From: Cirrosporium novae-zelandiae
Taxonomy: Eukaryota
Direction of reading: 5' to 3'
Length of the DNA stretch: 64,000 bases
Assembly (NCBI GenBank): GCA_026023565.1
Contig: JAPETS010000013.1
Span: 372,001 to 436,000 of the forward strand
Below, one piece after another: positions 10,966 through 23,536 of this stretch (position 1 is the stretch's first letter; every line of letters starts with the position of its first letter). Both the position numbers and the translations under genes were made by a program. The notes below the pieces were generated by a model that saw only the letters and a list, made by a program, of their open reading frames with translations, was not told where the DNA came from and did no database searches.

Positions 10966-12862
10966 TCAGACTTTGCCCATGAGAGCAGTAACAACACTCC
11001 TCTTACTATTACCCACCTTTGATGATCCTCTCAATGGGAGGCTAATGATACTCCTCCTCTCGTCCTTGATGGTTGAAGCATGACTTGAAACTCTGCTCCC
11101 GGCATAACTTCCAGCTCTACTTCCCACTTCACTCCTCTCCCTATGGTTCCTCGAATGCTTGCTTCCGATCTGACTAACACTGTCACTAGGAGCAATGCTC
11201 GCCATATCATCGATATAGCAATCATCTCCCCCGATACTTTCAGGAACTACATCTTCCTTGATAGACATGTAAGAAGCGGCTGTTTTAGAAGTCTTGTGTG
11301 TAGCGTGTGTAGCAGCTGAGACACTAGACCCAGCTTTAGAAGGTGGAAGAGGAAGGTTCGCGGCGGAGACCGAGCGAGTGGTCGATACTCTGCCAGGAGC
11401 CTTTGACGAGACTCTAGAAGAGGCCTTGGTATATCTGGAGGACGCGTGGCTTTTTGGAAGGGACACTTGTGAGGCAGAAGGTGAGCTGGAACGTTTGTGG
11501 TGGGACTGTTTAATTGTTGCGGAGGAGGCCTCTGAACCTTGGTCCGAAGAAGCAACAGAGGATGATGATTGCGACTGGCTTCTATGACTGCTGGTAGTAC
11601 TACGACTAGGACTCATACGACGAGAACGATGGGAGTGGGCGGTCGAACGGCTAGAGCTGCGGATTGAAGAAGGATGGTGGGAGGAGCGAACGCTGACGAC
11701 AGTACCATGGCGAGAAGGCGCTTGAGATACACTCCGATTAGTCCTAGCACGACTGCGACTACGACTTCTACTTCTGCGAGAAGAACATGCGCTGGGAGCA
11801 CATCGACTGTGACTGCTCCGGTAGCTTCGGGTGCTATGCAGGCTGACGACGCTATTGTTACCAACAGCTGACTCTGGGTGAAGATAAACGCTATCAACAT
11901 CGGTTTCGGCCCTTGCGTATCTTGGCCTGTATTCAGATCTTGCGTCCGATCGAATCTCGGAAGGTGCGATAAATGAATCGACAATGGTACTTGGGCTACA
12001 AGGGTGTGGAGGTGGTGCTTCAATTGCACGCAATGGCAGTGGCTCCTCGACATGTGACATTGCATGAGAATTGGTGGGGGTCTGGTCTCGAATCATAGTC
12101 ACGCCCTGGATAAACTGTCCCATGGTAGGGACGAATTGATTCATTGCGGGAACGAAAGAATTTTGTGTGGAGGATTGAGATGCTTCGTGGGCCATAGGTT
12201 TCCCCTGCTCATTTTCCTCATCTCTTGTCATAGCATATGCCACCGCAGCGCCAGCAGCAGCACCCAAGAGTGTGCCGATGAGCGTCTTGACACCTTTGTC
12301 CTGATTTCTGTCGGATTGAGCATTTGACATGACGGTCTGTGGAACACTGGTAGCAATCGAGCGAGATCCACTTATGGAACGAGTCTCTTCTGGGGCATTA
12401 TATACCGATCTTGCTCCGACCTTGCTGTCGTTATCATCTGCTGAAGGATTATAAGCCGCTTCTATCGAGTTTCCATCAAAGTCCATAACGGCTGCACTAT
12501 AGTACCCCGAACTAGGATCTCTTATTGCCGGTTCGCCGTGAATTTGACCTCCCGCTTTGAGAGCGGAAGTAAAGAAATTATTCACTGCAGCTTTTGAACG
12601 GGCTGGAAAGGCAATGTGTGCAGCACCAGCTTTCGTTCTTCGGAAAGGATCATGTTAGCAAAATAGAATGTGAATAGTGAAAAAGAGATGCATACCCAGG
12701 AGTTTCTTGGCAGATAAAGAATTCGGGGTGGTCAACACCAAATCCAATCTGGTTTCCCTGCTGACCGATGTATCTGAAGCCTAGGGGTTGGAGGGCAGCA
12801 AGGAAGAAGGAGCAAGAGGTTGGGAGATGAGAAACTGTAAGACCAACGTGGGACACAGGCAT
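10966..12862 (-). CDS. Glyoxalase/bleomycin-resistance (VOC)-domain protein with long Ser/Arg-rich tail, exons 12862-12696, 12637-10966
   Basis: MPVSHVGLTVSHLPTSCSFFLAALQPLGFRY...HIAFPARSKAAVNNFFTSALKAGG...GEP...YYSAAVMDFDGNSIEA is a VOC-fold pattern. The intron GTATGC..GCTAAC..AAG joins ORFs 12650-12862 and 10966-12585. Confidence 0.85.
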
Positions 12863-14731
12863 GATGTCTTACGATGTACAGTAGAAATCCAAGTGTGGAG
12901 TACAGGATGCAGGAGTGTAAACGGGGGAACAAAGTGAATGATAAATAACTGAAGCGGTGAAGGAGACTTCAGGGGAGGGTAGATTATATCCTCTTTTTTT
13001 TTACGAGATGAACGGTTGTTGCTAGGAGAAATGGAACAACAGATTTCGGGATGGAATAAAAAGAGAAGGAAACTGGTATTAGATGATATCAATCAAATAC
13101 TTAACACCAGGACACAATGGCTGAACGTGAGCTAAGATGGGATGGGATTAGCACTCGTGATACAGATAGACATTTGCGGTCTCAGCGGGAAGCGACCAAA
13201 CGCCAACGTCAAGCAGGGCGACCCATGCCAGCGGCAGTGGTACCTGATTGCTGCGTCCAGCGTGAATAATGCAGCAATTTAGAGTATTGACGGGTTATCT
13301 ATTGGAGTAGAAGTCAAGTACTGGATACTTTGCCATGTTCTGTGGTGTGATAAGGTATTAAGTGTGTTAGGTGTTAGGTGAGTTAGGCGTATTTAGGTGT
13401 ATTAGGTGGTTATGTGTCGCAGAAAAGCCTTCGGAGTTGAGAGAAGAATTATGATTTGGGACGGCCATTTTGAATGGCCGAAAAAGTGAGACTAGATGCT
13501 GCAAAGAGGATCCTTGAAAGTCTGTAAAAAGGCCAGAGGGTGTCTAGAGCTGTTTAAATCCGTCTTCCAGGCGGAGCCGCACCTTTAGAGAGGCTGCCAC
13601 GTCGAGCATGGAGTTGCTAAGAGTTGTTCAACCTTTACTAATAAAGTGCTAAGACGAAGCTACAGCGTTTCTTGACGGCCCGCTTTATGCATGACCGCCT
13701 CGTTCACTGTGGAGTCGTTGAGAAGAAGTTGAGGGTTGTACCGTAGTAAATGGTAAAAAGTACCGAAACATACGAACACGTTCGTTTACAGCCAATCCAA
13801 CCAGCCCCCCCATTCAATCCCAATCATTCCCGATCATCCTCAAGCCTTTCACCGTCTTAACCCCGTATTTGTAACATCCTTCTTACCATTCTTACAGTCT
13901 AGATTGGGCCTTTCCCCATATAGCCATCGGAGATTTAATATCTGCCAACCAAACCCACCTGCTCGACTCTCAAAACATTCAAAACGACGTGGTGTGTCAG
14001 AAACACCATCCATGTCATGTCATATACATTGTCATATACATTGGTCATATTCCTCCATTGACCGCTCTCTTCTATCAATTGCCCTCTCCCTTCTACGCAT
14101 CTTCTTGCTTGTCACATTTTCTTTCTGTCATATTCTCGACTACCTTGTAGATAGATCTTCAGTCTGCCTTATCTATGCCATGATATTACTGGATCGTAGT
14201 TTACTTATTCATCATAGCAAAATACCTCTGTCACTCCAGAAATACAAGGTTCACCCTTTCAACAAAAACAATTAAAACCAGCCATATATCCCCCTTCTCT
14301 TCCTTATTCGTTGTCATATCCATTGACCTAGAGCATGGCTGCCCGTTTTCCAACATACCTGCGCCTGTGACTCCCCGCTTCAAATATATGCATGCTTTTG
14401 AACAAAAGAGAGAAGTGAAATGGGGAGCAAGTTGAAGTGCTCCATTCCAATCGAAACCAGCGTTGAGCCTGTTGAACGATGCTGTTTTGGTTGTAAAAAC
14501 AACTCCCGATCCCACAGAAAACCTCAACACTATCTGAGAGGAGGCACTGCAGTCCATGATGTTGTGATCAAGGCGTGCAGTACCTTCTCCTAACCAGGAT
14601 GTTGGATTGATCCATGGCTGTTACAAAGCAAAGTCCTATTAAGGAATGGAGGCGATCCGAATGGTCAAATAAAAACTGATAATTAAGGGGGGAAAATCAT
14701 GAAATCGATCGGTCCGGGGAACATCCGGAGG

Positions 14732-15823
14732 CTATATGACATTCCATACATCCTCGGCAGCGTGGCAGAACTTACTGCAGGCCACACTAGCACTTAGACT
14801 GTAGTTGCTGATGCTGATCGCATCATCTTTGATGCTATCTGCAAAATCATCTCTACCTTTAGCCATGGCTCCAACAAAAACGCAGATGCTTTCATTGGGT
14901 CCCAAATCCTGGATATAATCACGAACACGGACTACCGGTGCGTCAAAGCTTAGTGTGACCTTGCGACAGTTTGGAGGCAAATGATCCGTAATTGGGTTTT
15001 TGATGACCTTGAGTAGTTTTTCAGTGGAACTTGTTGATCGAATGGATAATTTATGGAGAAGTTGGACCATGAGCCCTGCAAATCGTTTAAATGTACGAGG
15101 GATCCGGACAGTAGGACTGACTTCGATAAGAACACCTTTGGCAGTATGAATATAGATCTGGAGCTTTCCGGCTTTGTTGATGGGCGAATCAAGAAGTGTG
15201 AGTAGGCACTAATGGCGCCATAAGCATCTGCCCAACTTTGCCCAAAAAATTACTTATGAGAAGAATCATCCAAACCTGATGAGCTATGTCCGGTCGAGCT
15301 TCGCTAATGTCTCGATTCATTTTTCGCATAACACCGATATGCTCGTCGCTGTTCAAAAGCGAATATTTTGCATCGCGATCCCCACCTCGGCCTCCATGCG
15401 AAGCTCGGTAGGTTTCCAGACTTGCCTTGGAGAGAACAACGATCAATCGTTGAGTATCCTTATCAGTTGAGGGAATGGGAACGTTCTGTTCGGCAACAAG
15501 TTGGGGGAGCTGTGGAGGAGGACATGACTGAGTTCCTGATTCGAGCGACATAATTTTTGTCAGATATTTTTTTGCTTGTTGAAAGCTTGCGTTATGGAGA
15601 GCAAAGAGCTGAAAAGTAGAAAAAAAAAAAGTGTTAAACTAATGTCTATATGAGAGGCAAACTGTATAGGTGGGACTACTTTGGAGCGTAGTGTGGGGAT
15701 TGAAGAACAAATTTTGGTAACACGAAAAGTTGAGGGGGGTATTCACTCACTTGGTTTCTTCTTTTCGCGACCTTCTGGAGAGGACATTCTGCCATGATGG
15801 CCCTTCCTTGTTTCTTCAGTCAT
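14732..15823 (-). CDS. NEP1: 18S rRNA pseudouridine N1-methyltransferase Nep1/Emg1, exons 15823(or 15787)-15751, 15535-15276, 15208-14732
   Basis: [58 protein letters not shown] and [13 protein letters not shown] are Emg1/Nep1 SPOUT motifs. Both introns are canonical. Confidence 0.95.
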
Positions 15824-16626
15824 TTTTTTTTTCTGGGGATACGAACTGAGATTAATTGATAAAATCGATAAAGTCGGGAGGACAGAGTTACTAAATGTTG
15901 AGGAATAATAATAATAAGAGGTGAAGGGGACGAAAGGCTTTAATCCCAAAGTACCTGTAGGTGCTAATTTTTCCGACTCGGAAGCTTAATTGTAATGGTG
16001 AACCACCCCCAGCCCCGACCGCGCCGATCCAACTTCGTCCACCAAGAGCCTCATCCTGCCATGAGCTTCCTGAGGATGCACTGTGGTAAAAGCGGTCTAA
16101 GGATCTACCTACATGATCTAGCACCCACTAACATGTTCCATTTAGAGCCTCCTACAGATCAGGATCACCGGAAAACTCCAATGGATTAATGGATGAAGAA
16201 CCTGGTTTAAGTATTGAGCTAACACCAATCCTTTACTAGGAGTAACCACCTCTTCTTTGCTTATCATTTCCATTGGGAGAATTCCGAGGAAGTATACAAA
16301 GCTATTAGCAAGGTCGAAAGCTCTAGTCATGATCATTTAGATAGATCCAAATGTTAAATTTATTCGCTGCGTTATCATGCAATCATAGGTATCAAAGACA
16401 AAAATTATATACATAAACACCCCTTCCATGTCAAGAAGACCCAAGCATCCCCCCAGGAAGAACAATCCATCAAAACCTTGCTGAGATTGTCCACCATGCA
16501 TTTATTCCCAAACTAATAAATTAACCGCCCATTTTACTCCGAAACCTCCCGAATGTGAATTGGTGAGTTCTCAATGTCTTCGAACCTCATTTGGCTTGAA
16601 GGCCTCCTGAAGGTCTGATAGGGATT

Positions 16627-17883
16627 TTAGAGAATCTCGGTGGCTACTTCAGTAGACGACTCAGAATAGAATACAGCCCCAGGTGGAGATTCCTCGGTGG
16701 AAGAAAATGGTATAGGATCCGGCGGTATTGATAGATGAGTCGGTATGGAGGAGGGCGATTCGGGTGAGAGAGATTCTTGAGACTGAGATGTTGTTGAGGT
16801 TCTGGCGGTGGACATCTTTCCCCATGAAAGATGCATCGTCGATGGCGGCCTATTCAATAGCGGTCTATCTAATGACGGTAATGTTGAAGATTTGCCCTGA
16901 ATCATCTCAAGTGGATAACCGAATTTGTGGAGCCCTGGAAGCCCTGGTGAGTGTTTCCGAGATCTATGACTATCTCTTGATATCTCTGCTTGTGAGGCAG
17001 ATCGCTTTTGTGCAGTCGGACTTGGAGGCATGTCCCTTTTTATTTCATTCATCGCTTGCGATATCTCTCTCCATTCTAGCCCCAACCACTGAGCAAGAGC
17101 CATAAGAGCCTTATCTGGATATCGTCGAACGGCCTCCTCCACGGAAAGGCCAGCTGATTCCCTCCTAGGTGATTCCGCTTCAGAGTCGCTCGAGGATTCC
17201 TCGTAGTCATAAGTCTGGTAGTTAACCCCCCAGTATTGATGTGGAATCTTGTAAACAGCAATGAGACTTGCGAGGCTTTTGAGTCGTCGCTGCAATTGGA
17301 AGAAATGGCCCAGTGTCTTTGGGAATTTTCGAGGAACCACATAGCCTTGAAGTTCATTTGACCAAACATATACTGGTAATATGGGAGACCATAGCCGATT
17401 TACAAGGCGGTTTCTAACACAAGCCGACATCTCATTTTTGAACTCTTCTCTAACGGTTGCAATGTCTCCTCTGAGTTCTTGTTTGAGTGTTGCGATGTCA
17501 GCCTTGCTCGCCGTGTCGTGAATGCTATCTCTGACTTCGGCAAAAGAACCGTTAATATAATCGCGCTGTTCAGCAAATTCTCTTGATATTAATTCTGATT
17601 CGAGTTTGACTTCGTGGTCGATGGAATCCATTCGATGATGTAGGTTTTTCAGTCCGTCTAGCGAGTCGTTGCAGGCATGGCTGACAAGAGCCAGAGCAGT
17701 GTCGTTAAAACTGACAGGATCATTTGGAAGCGGTTCTGAGATGGAATAACGATGATGGAGTTTTTGTAGAAGTGGTCGACAACGGGTATATGATACTGTC
17801 ATTGCCATATCTGATGGTGGTGATGGTTTTTTGATGGTCATTGTATGTTCATTGTTGGTTGAAACTGGGAGGCGAGAGGGCAT
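16627..17883 (-). CDS. Intronless hypothetical protein, 418 aa, coiled coil followed by a small globular domain
   Basis: Long ATG-initiated ORF with heptad-like segment (ASKADIATLKQELRGDIATVREEFKNEM), then RNRLVNRLWSPILPV...FPKTLGHFFQL...LAQWLGL, then a Ser/Pro-rich tail. Confidence 0.75.
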   Translation of the reverse strand: MPSRLPVSTNNEHTMTIKKPSPPSDMAMTVSYTRCRPLLQKLHHRYSISEPLPNDPVSFNDTALALVSHACNDSLDGLKNLHHRMDSIDHEVKLESELISREFAEQRDYINGSFAEVRDSIHDTASKADIATLKQELRGDIATVREEFKNEMSACVRNRLVNRLWSPILPVYVWSNELQGYVVPRKFPKTLGHFFQLQRRLKSLASLIAVYKIPHQYWGVNYQTYDYEESSSDSEAESPRRESAGLSVEEAVRRYPDKALMALAQWLGLEWREISQAMNEIKRDMPPSPTAQKRSASQAEISRDSHRSRKHSPGLPGLHKFGYPLEMIQGKSSTLPSLDRPLLNRPPSTMHLSWGKMSTARTSTTSQSQESLSPESPSSIPTHLSIPPDPIPFSSTEESPPGAVFYSESSTEVATEIL

Positions 17884-18207
17884 TCTGCTGAATTCACTGG
17901 TTTAGTCATCAGCTGACAGCGCCTCATTTAGCCTTCGCCTCATCATATTCTGCCTAACTCTCCCGTCACTACAACCGATGTCATGTTGCCTAAAGGCTTC
18001 CTGAGGTAATTTGTGAAAACTACGGTCAAAATGAAAAACAACTAAACAACTAAAAGAAGACCCATTATTGATTTTTCTGGAATATATTCACCGTATTCTT
18101 ATTATGGAGCCTTTTTTCTAAATATGAGGGCTGTTCTGGTCTGTGTTGGCAATCGTGTTGGCCCCCTTTCCGAGTCGGGCTTTAGGTCTTGGTTCTTCCG
18201 TGCCAAT

Positions 18208-18218
18208 ACGCGTCGCGT
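18208..18218. promoter_or_regulatory. Tandem MCB-like elements (ACGCGT plus overlapping TCGCGT) upstream of ECO1
   Basis: ACGCGTCGCGT lies about 100 bp upstream of the ECO1 ATG. ACGCGT is the MluI cell-cycle box bound by MBF at G1/S genes in yeasts. Confidence 0.55.
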
Positions 18219-18312
18219 CTCCCATACATAATAAGTCTCATCTTCAATACCTATAAGGCTGTTTCCCCATGCCAAAACTGAACGACTGTATTCTTATTTT
18301 TTAAGATCCACA

Positions 18313-19620
18313 ATGCCTTATACGGTTACAAGCTCATTCAAAAGGTATGTCAACACCTTCAGCAGCTCCCCAAGGCTTATTTACTAAATATATACTAGAG
18401 GTTTAATGATGCGCACTTACTCCAGGCCTATTCAACGCGTCCTCGGACCAGACGAGGATCGATTACGAAAAAAGCAAATTTCTCAGTATCGAGAGCACCA
18501 GGCCAGGGAATCCTATCGAGCCCCAGAAACTACGATCAGGAGCAACTTTCGTGAAAGTTCCAATGTCGATGCTTCAAGCCCTCAACCTCGGTCTGATACC
18601 TTTTCATCGGATATACCTGAAGTAGTGGCAAATACGCCACCGTCATCACCACCTCCTCGATCTGTGTCACCAAGAAATGCGATACGCAAGCACACATTCA
18701 CAACTCTAAAACGTAAACGCTCATCCGGTGTCGCATTAAAAGAAGTTAATGGAAATGGCTCCCGCAAATCAGGGCCATCAAAAAAGAAGCAGCGCCTTAC
18801 ACAAATGCAAATTGATTTGGGTGGGGAGACGCAACGGACGTGCAAAACATGCGGTATGGAATATGTTCCATCAAACGCCGAAGATGATGAACTGCATAAA
18901 AAGTACCACTCGCTGAATGTCGAGGGAGTTGATGTTGGGAAAACATTTGTCAATGAAACTGTGTCGAGGAGGATCTATCTCTCAAAAAGTCGAAAGGCGT
19001 CAACTTTAGATGCTGAAGGTTACATTGTGGTTATTGATCGGGGTTGTCCTGGAATGATTAAGAAAAAGGCCGAGAATGTACTGAATGTCGTCAATAAGGA
19101 ATTATCAGCAGTGGATATCGACGATACTCAACTATGGAGCGGAGTACGACCATCTAATTCAAGTTTAGATGAACGCAACCCTAAGATATCAACGAGAGAA
19201 AAAACGGAGGAAGACGAAAATTCGGAACAGGGACGATTCAAGATCTTTCTCCATATTAAAGGCAACAAATGTGTTGGATTATGCCTAGCAGAAAGCATTA
19301 AGCAGGCCTATCGAGTAGAAGAGAATAATGGAGGAGGACGGAGACCTTCAGCACATACAAGGGCAAAGAGCTCTTCGATATCTATTAGCAAGCAGGCAGT
19401 TCCAGGGATTGTGGGTATTTCCCGTATCTGGACTTCCAAATCCCATCGAAGGCAGGGCATCGCAGAAGCTTTGCTTGATAGTGCGCGGAGTTACTTTGTA
19501 TACGGGATGAAGGTTCCCAAAAAGATGATAGCATTCAGTCAACCAACTGAAAGCGGGTGTCGCCTGGCAGAAAATTGGTTCGGTGCTGGTAATGAATGGC
19601 ATGTGTATGCGGGATCCTAA
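18313..19620 (+). CDS. ECO1: Cohesin acetyltransferase Eco1/Eso1, exons 18313-18344, 18399-19620
   Basis: PIP-like QMQIDLG, zinc finger CKTCGMEY...HKKYH and acetyltransferase motifs VGLCLAE, GISRIWTSKSHRRQGIAEALLD and IAFSQPTESG. A short first exon MPYTVTSSFKR splices in frame. Confidence 0.94.
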
Positions 19621-20206
19621 GGATTTGGGGATGGGTTTTTATGATTGATGATATACTTGATGGCCATATTTATAGATGGGCGATACGTGGTAAGCAAGGA
19701 GTAAGGGCGTGTAAGGGCGTTTAAGTCTGCGGGCATTCTAGACAGCAGTACTTTTGACTAGCATAATAATATGAATTTATTCCGTTGTCTCCTCCATTCA
19801 AAGGATCAAAGAGGCTCGGCTGTAATGACATTGTTTGTACTTAATATTAGATGTCCACGATGACGAATAATAAGCGAGGGTTTAATATGTCAAAGGATGG
19901 GAACTGAAATCAAGACGGGATTGGGTTTTTACGTATTGATTTCATTTATACAGGAGAATGCTTTAACTATATCAAGGTAGACAATACATAATTAGAGTAC
20001 AGTACATCTGGGATAAGCAGATTAAAAAGAATCACGGAAGTTGGAAGACTCCGAACAGGCGTCGAGATTACCGATTAGTCTGTCTACCTATCCTATCGTA
20101 GCTGACATACCACATAACTTCTCCTCCCTCACCTTGACCTTTTGACCTTTTTGATTTCCCAAAAGCCTGCTGGCTTCCATGCCAATCCTCTTCAGTTTTA
20201 TTCACG

Positions 20207-22090
20207 ATGTCTGGGTCAAATCCTTTCCGCCGTAGCCGATTGCTTGCCCAACACTCCGTCAACCCCACGAGCCATAATAATGTAGAGAGTGAAGAGAGAG
20301 CGAGGGCAGAAAAGATATTTCCTCCATTGGACACTGATGGTACTTGGGTGGCCCGCTCACGTTGTAGCTAGTGCATATATACAGTATCTCAACGCTAATG
20401 TTGTTTAGAGTCTCCACGCCCATCCCCAAAGATAAAGACTGTCCGAATCGCATCTCCTCCAGTTCCTATAACCCCAGAAGATCCGCCCTCATGGAGTCCT
20501 TGGACCCCATCTGGCCCGGAATTCCCCAGGCAGTCTGATCGCGACACCTTTCCACCCCCTACAATATCAGATCGGCAGATCCCAGAAACTCCATCTACTG
20601 CTGACCCATTCAATGCCGAATCATCCGATGGCGATACAAGTGGTGACGATGAGCTTGTGCAAAATACTAGAAGAAATTCAGAGCGCTCCTTATCTGCTGG
20701 TGGAAAGGCACAGGCTGGTATATCGATACCTGTCAAAAGTGCGCTATCTAGGTCGAAGGAGCCGATTCCACATCCCTCCTTTGGGGTTCATAATGGAGGA
20801 GCATATGGTGCCGGAAGAAACATAGGCATAGGAAAGGGTACAATGGATGTGGATGCGTTCACAAGGCTTCTTTTAACAGGCGAAAGAACCACGTCGGCAT
20901 CTCCAGTTCCACCAAAACATTCTTTACAACCCCATGGACCAGGGGCCATATTGAGTGACAACAGCAGTAGTACCGATGCATCTTCAATATCTCGACAATC
21001 AATATTCGAACCATTATCAGAAACCCAACAAGAGACTCCCCGGACATCCCACGAGGTCTCTCTAGATGATGACGAGCGTTCAAAGCTCATCGGAAGCAAG
21101 CCATCACCTCCCAAGACCAGACACGGGAAACTCATTAAATCCAGCATCTCATCATCAACCCTTTCCGAATCTCAATCATCATTTTCTTCGCACACCCCCA
21201 CAGCATCCATATCTCAAGTACCACTAACAGCGTCACCCACATCCCCTCAAATATCAGATTTAAATAAGCCTCTTCCAGCACCCCCTAATTTACACCCTCA
21301 ACCTGCAGCTTCCATCTCCAGTACATCTTCCGACAGACCAAAACGACCTCCAACACCACCAATCACCCGGCGCCAAAGTACAAAACGACATTCAGACCAA
21401 CACACATCATCGTCGATCTCGCCTCTAACTTCGAACCGACCAGCCTCCCTCCGAAGCATCGACAGCCAAACCAGAAACCCACCTGCCCCACCTCCGCCGC
21501 GACGAAAAACCAGCCTCGGCACCAGCCAGGCCCCCAAATCCCACTCCCCAGATTCAACAACCAAAAAACAACCACCACCCCACAACAGCAGCAGTAGTAG
21601 CAGCAGACCAACGCCCCCCTCCCGCACCCCATCCATATCCTCCATCACTAGTCCCAGCAACAGCAAACCTCCTAGAAACCGCCTCTCGATGCCCCCACCA
21701 CCCCCACCCCCCCGCAACACCAACAGCAACCGCCTGCGCACATCTAGCCTCAACAGCCAGGACAGCTCACGCTCCGCATCCGGAAGCGGACCCGGGCCCG
21801 GAACGCAAGCACCAAGAACCCCCAGCGGCTCAAGCATGGATCTCTCCCGTCTCTCCCCCGAGGGCACACAACCGGCAACATCAATATCAACATCAACAAC
21901 AAGAACAAGAACAAGAACAGACTCGGACGCCTCTACAGCAACGAAAAAAAGTACAGCTGGAAATATCCTCGCGGATCTGAAGGCGCTGCAGCGCGAGGTG
22001 GATGCTTTGAGGGGTGGGTATAAAACTGAGGGCGGGGGGGCTAGTAGGAAAGATGGGGGTGATGGAAGTGGAAAGGAAGATGGATTATGA
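20207..22090 (+). CDS. Pro/Ser-rich hypothetical protein with C-terminal coiled coil, exons 20207-20339, 20409-22090
   Basis: MSGSNPFRR... is joined by intron GTACTT..GCTAAT..TAG in frame to ORF 20657-22090. Motif islands are MDVDAFTRLLLTG, SISRQSIFE, ETPRTSHE, DLNKPLPAPP, PPPPRR and ILADLKALQREVDALR. Confidence 0.85.
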
Positions 22091-22502
22091 TGAACTGAAT
22101 AAATTCACGACCAACAAACCAACCATGACGACAGCACCAACACCAAACAACCCCAACCAAATAACTTCTTTGATGATGATGACCATGGGCGGGCAGGATC
22201 TTCATATTTTAATAATGAGAGAAAAAAATTCTTAACAGAGGAGTTTTATGGATGGAATGGGACGAGATGGGATGGGATGGGATGTACGCAGCAGAGGGTT
22301 TTTTTTTCTTTTATAAATTCTAAAATTCTAAATTCCTTCTTGTTGTAGCTACCTATTTTATTTTATCATTATTATTCGAGCCATACCATGTTTGCTATTA
22401 CTTTGCTAATCATTATACTTGATATATATATACACTTTATCGTATAATTAGTACCTTGACCTTAGTCTAGTCTAGTCAACCTCATTTCGACCCCCCTCCT
22501 CT

Positions 22503-22541
22503 TCTCTCTCTCTCTCTCTCTCACTCTCACACTCTCTCTCT
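22503..22541. repeat. Interrupted (CT)n microsatellite
   Basis: Direct reading of the sequence. Confidence 0.85.
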
Positions 22542-22655
22542 TCTCTTCCCTATCACAAACCGCCTAGCAGAAAGGGGGTGTATATAACTAACTAACTAAT
22601 ATGGATTATTGATGACTGAGCTCAAGCTATAGGAAAGTGATGATATTTGAGGGCG

Positions 22656-22657
<2 letters not shown>

Positions 22658-22693
<36 letters not shown>
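22658..22693. repeat. (GT)18 microsatellite
   Basis: Direct reading of the sequence. Confidence 0.95.
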
Positions 22694-22694
<1 letters not shown>

Positions 22695-23536
22695 GTGGAT
22701 ATATAAACTATGGATGGAATAGATATGGAATGGAATGGACGTTTGAAAATTCTACGTTTTTTTCATACACGATAAACATAAGAAAACATAATCCTCTCTG
22801 TTTTTTCAAAGCTACGCGTCATAAAAAAAAGAAGAGGAGGAAAAAAAAATTACCCTATCACGTTAATCATGTCATGTTAGTTTAGTTAGAGTATGGGTTT
22901 GTTTGTTTTTTTTTTATTGAAAAAAAATGAAGAGCTTTGAATACTTTTTACGCCTGGGTGATAAGGAGAATGGAAGAAGAAGAAAAAAAACATGAAATAA
23001 GCAAGTAGTTCCAGTTTGCCCGCCCTCCCTTTCCCATTCAGATATGCCATCCCTTTCCCTTCGTTTCCCTTTCATCGTTCGTTATCAATTCCCAACCAGC
23101 TAGTAAGCTTATACATAGACCGGGCTAGCGGAATATACGTGTCTCCGTGTTTGTGTCCTAACATTAATCAATCAATCCCGGGTTCATTCCGTTCCGCCCA
23201 TCCATCCATCTTCCGTTTGTTTTCATTTCGGGCCCTGTTTTCTGTGACTATGTGTGTGGTTATGTCCTCATAATGTCAAAGGGCGTCTAGAGTGGCGTTA
23301 AAAGTTGAAGCCGATATAGAAGTGTGCTCCGTCAATCGTCCACAGCCAAAACCGTAATGTCTTCTCCAAGGGGTAGAATAGCTGGTAGCAAAGAGTAAAT
23401 TCTTAAAACCTTGTTTACTCTTTTCTATTATAGTTTGAGGAGAAAATTCCGATTGGCATCTGGCGCAAGGGAAGTTGGCAGGTGCTCAAGGCTCCCTAAA
23501 GATAAAATTTGAACTTGGAGTTGTGTCCTCAGAAAC

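Noticed and set aside
15536..15750. Unusually long (215 nt) first intron of NEP1 as a snoRNA host
   Set aside because: No box C (RTGATGA) or clear H/ACA hairpin pair on the sense strand.
15995..16360. Possible small spliced + strand gene divergent from NEP1 (GTAAAA..ACTAAC..TAG at 16086-16145)
   Set aside because: The spliced product is very short and featureless, and the second intron-like segment is only about 35 nt. Support is insufficient.
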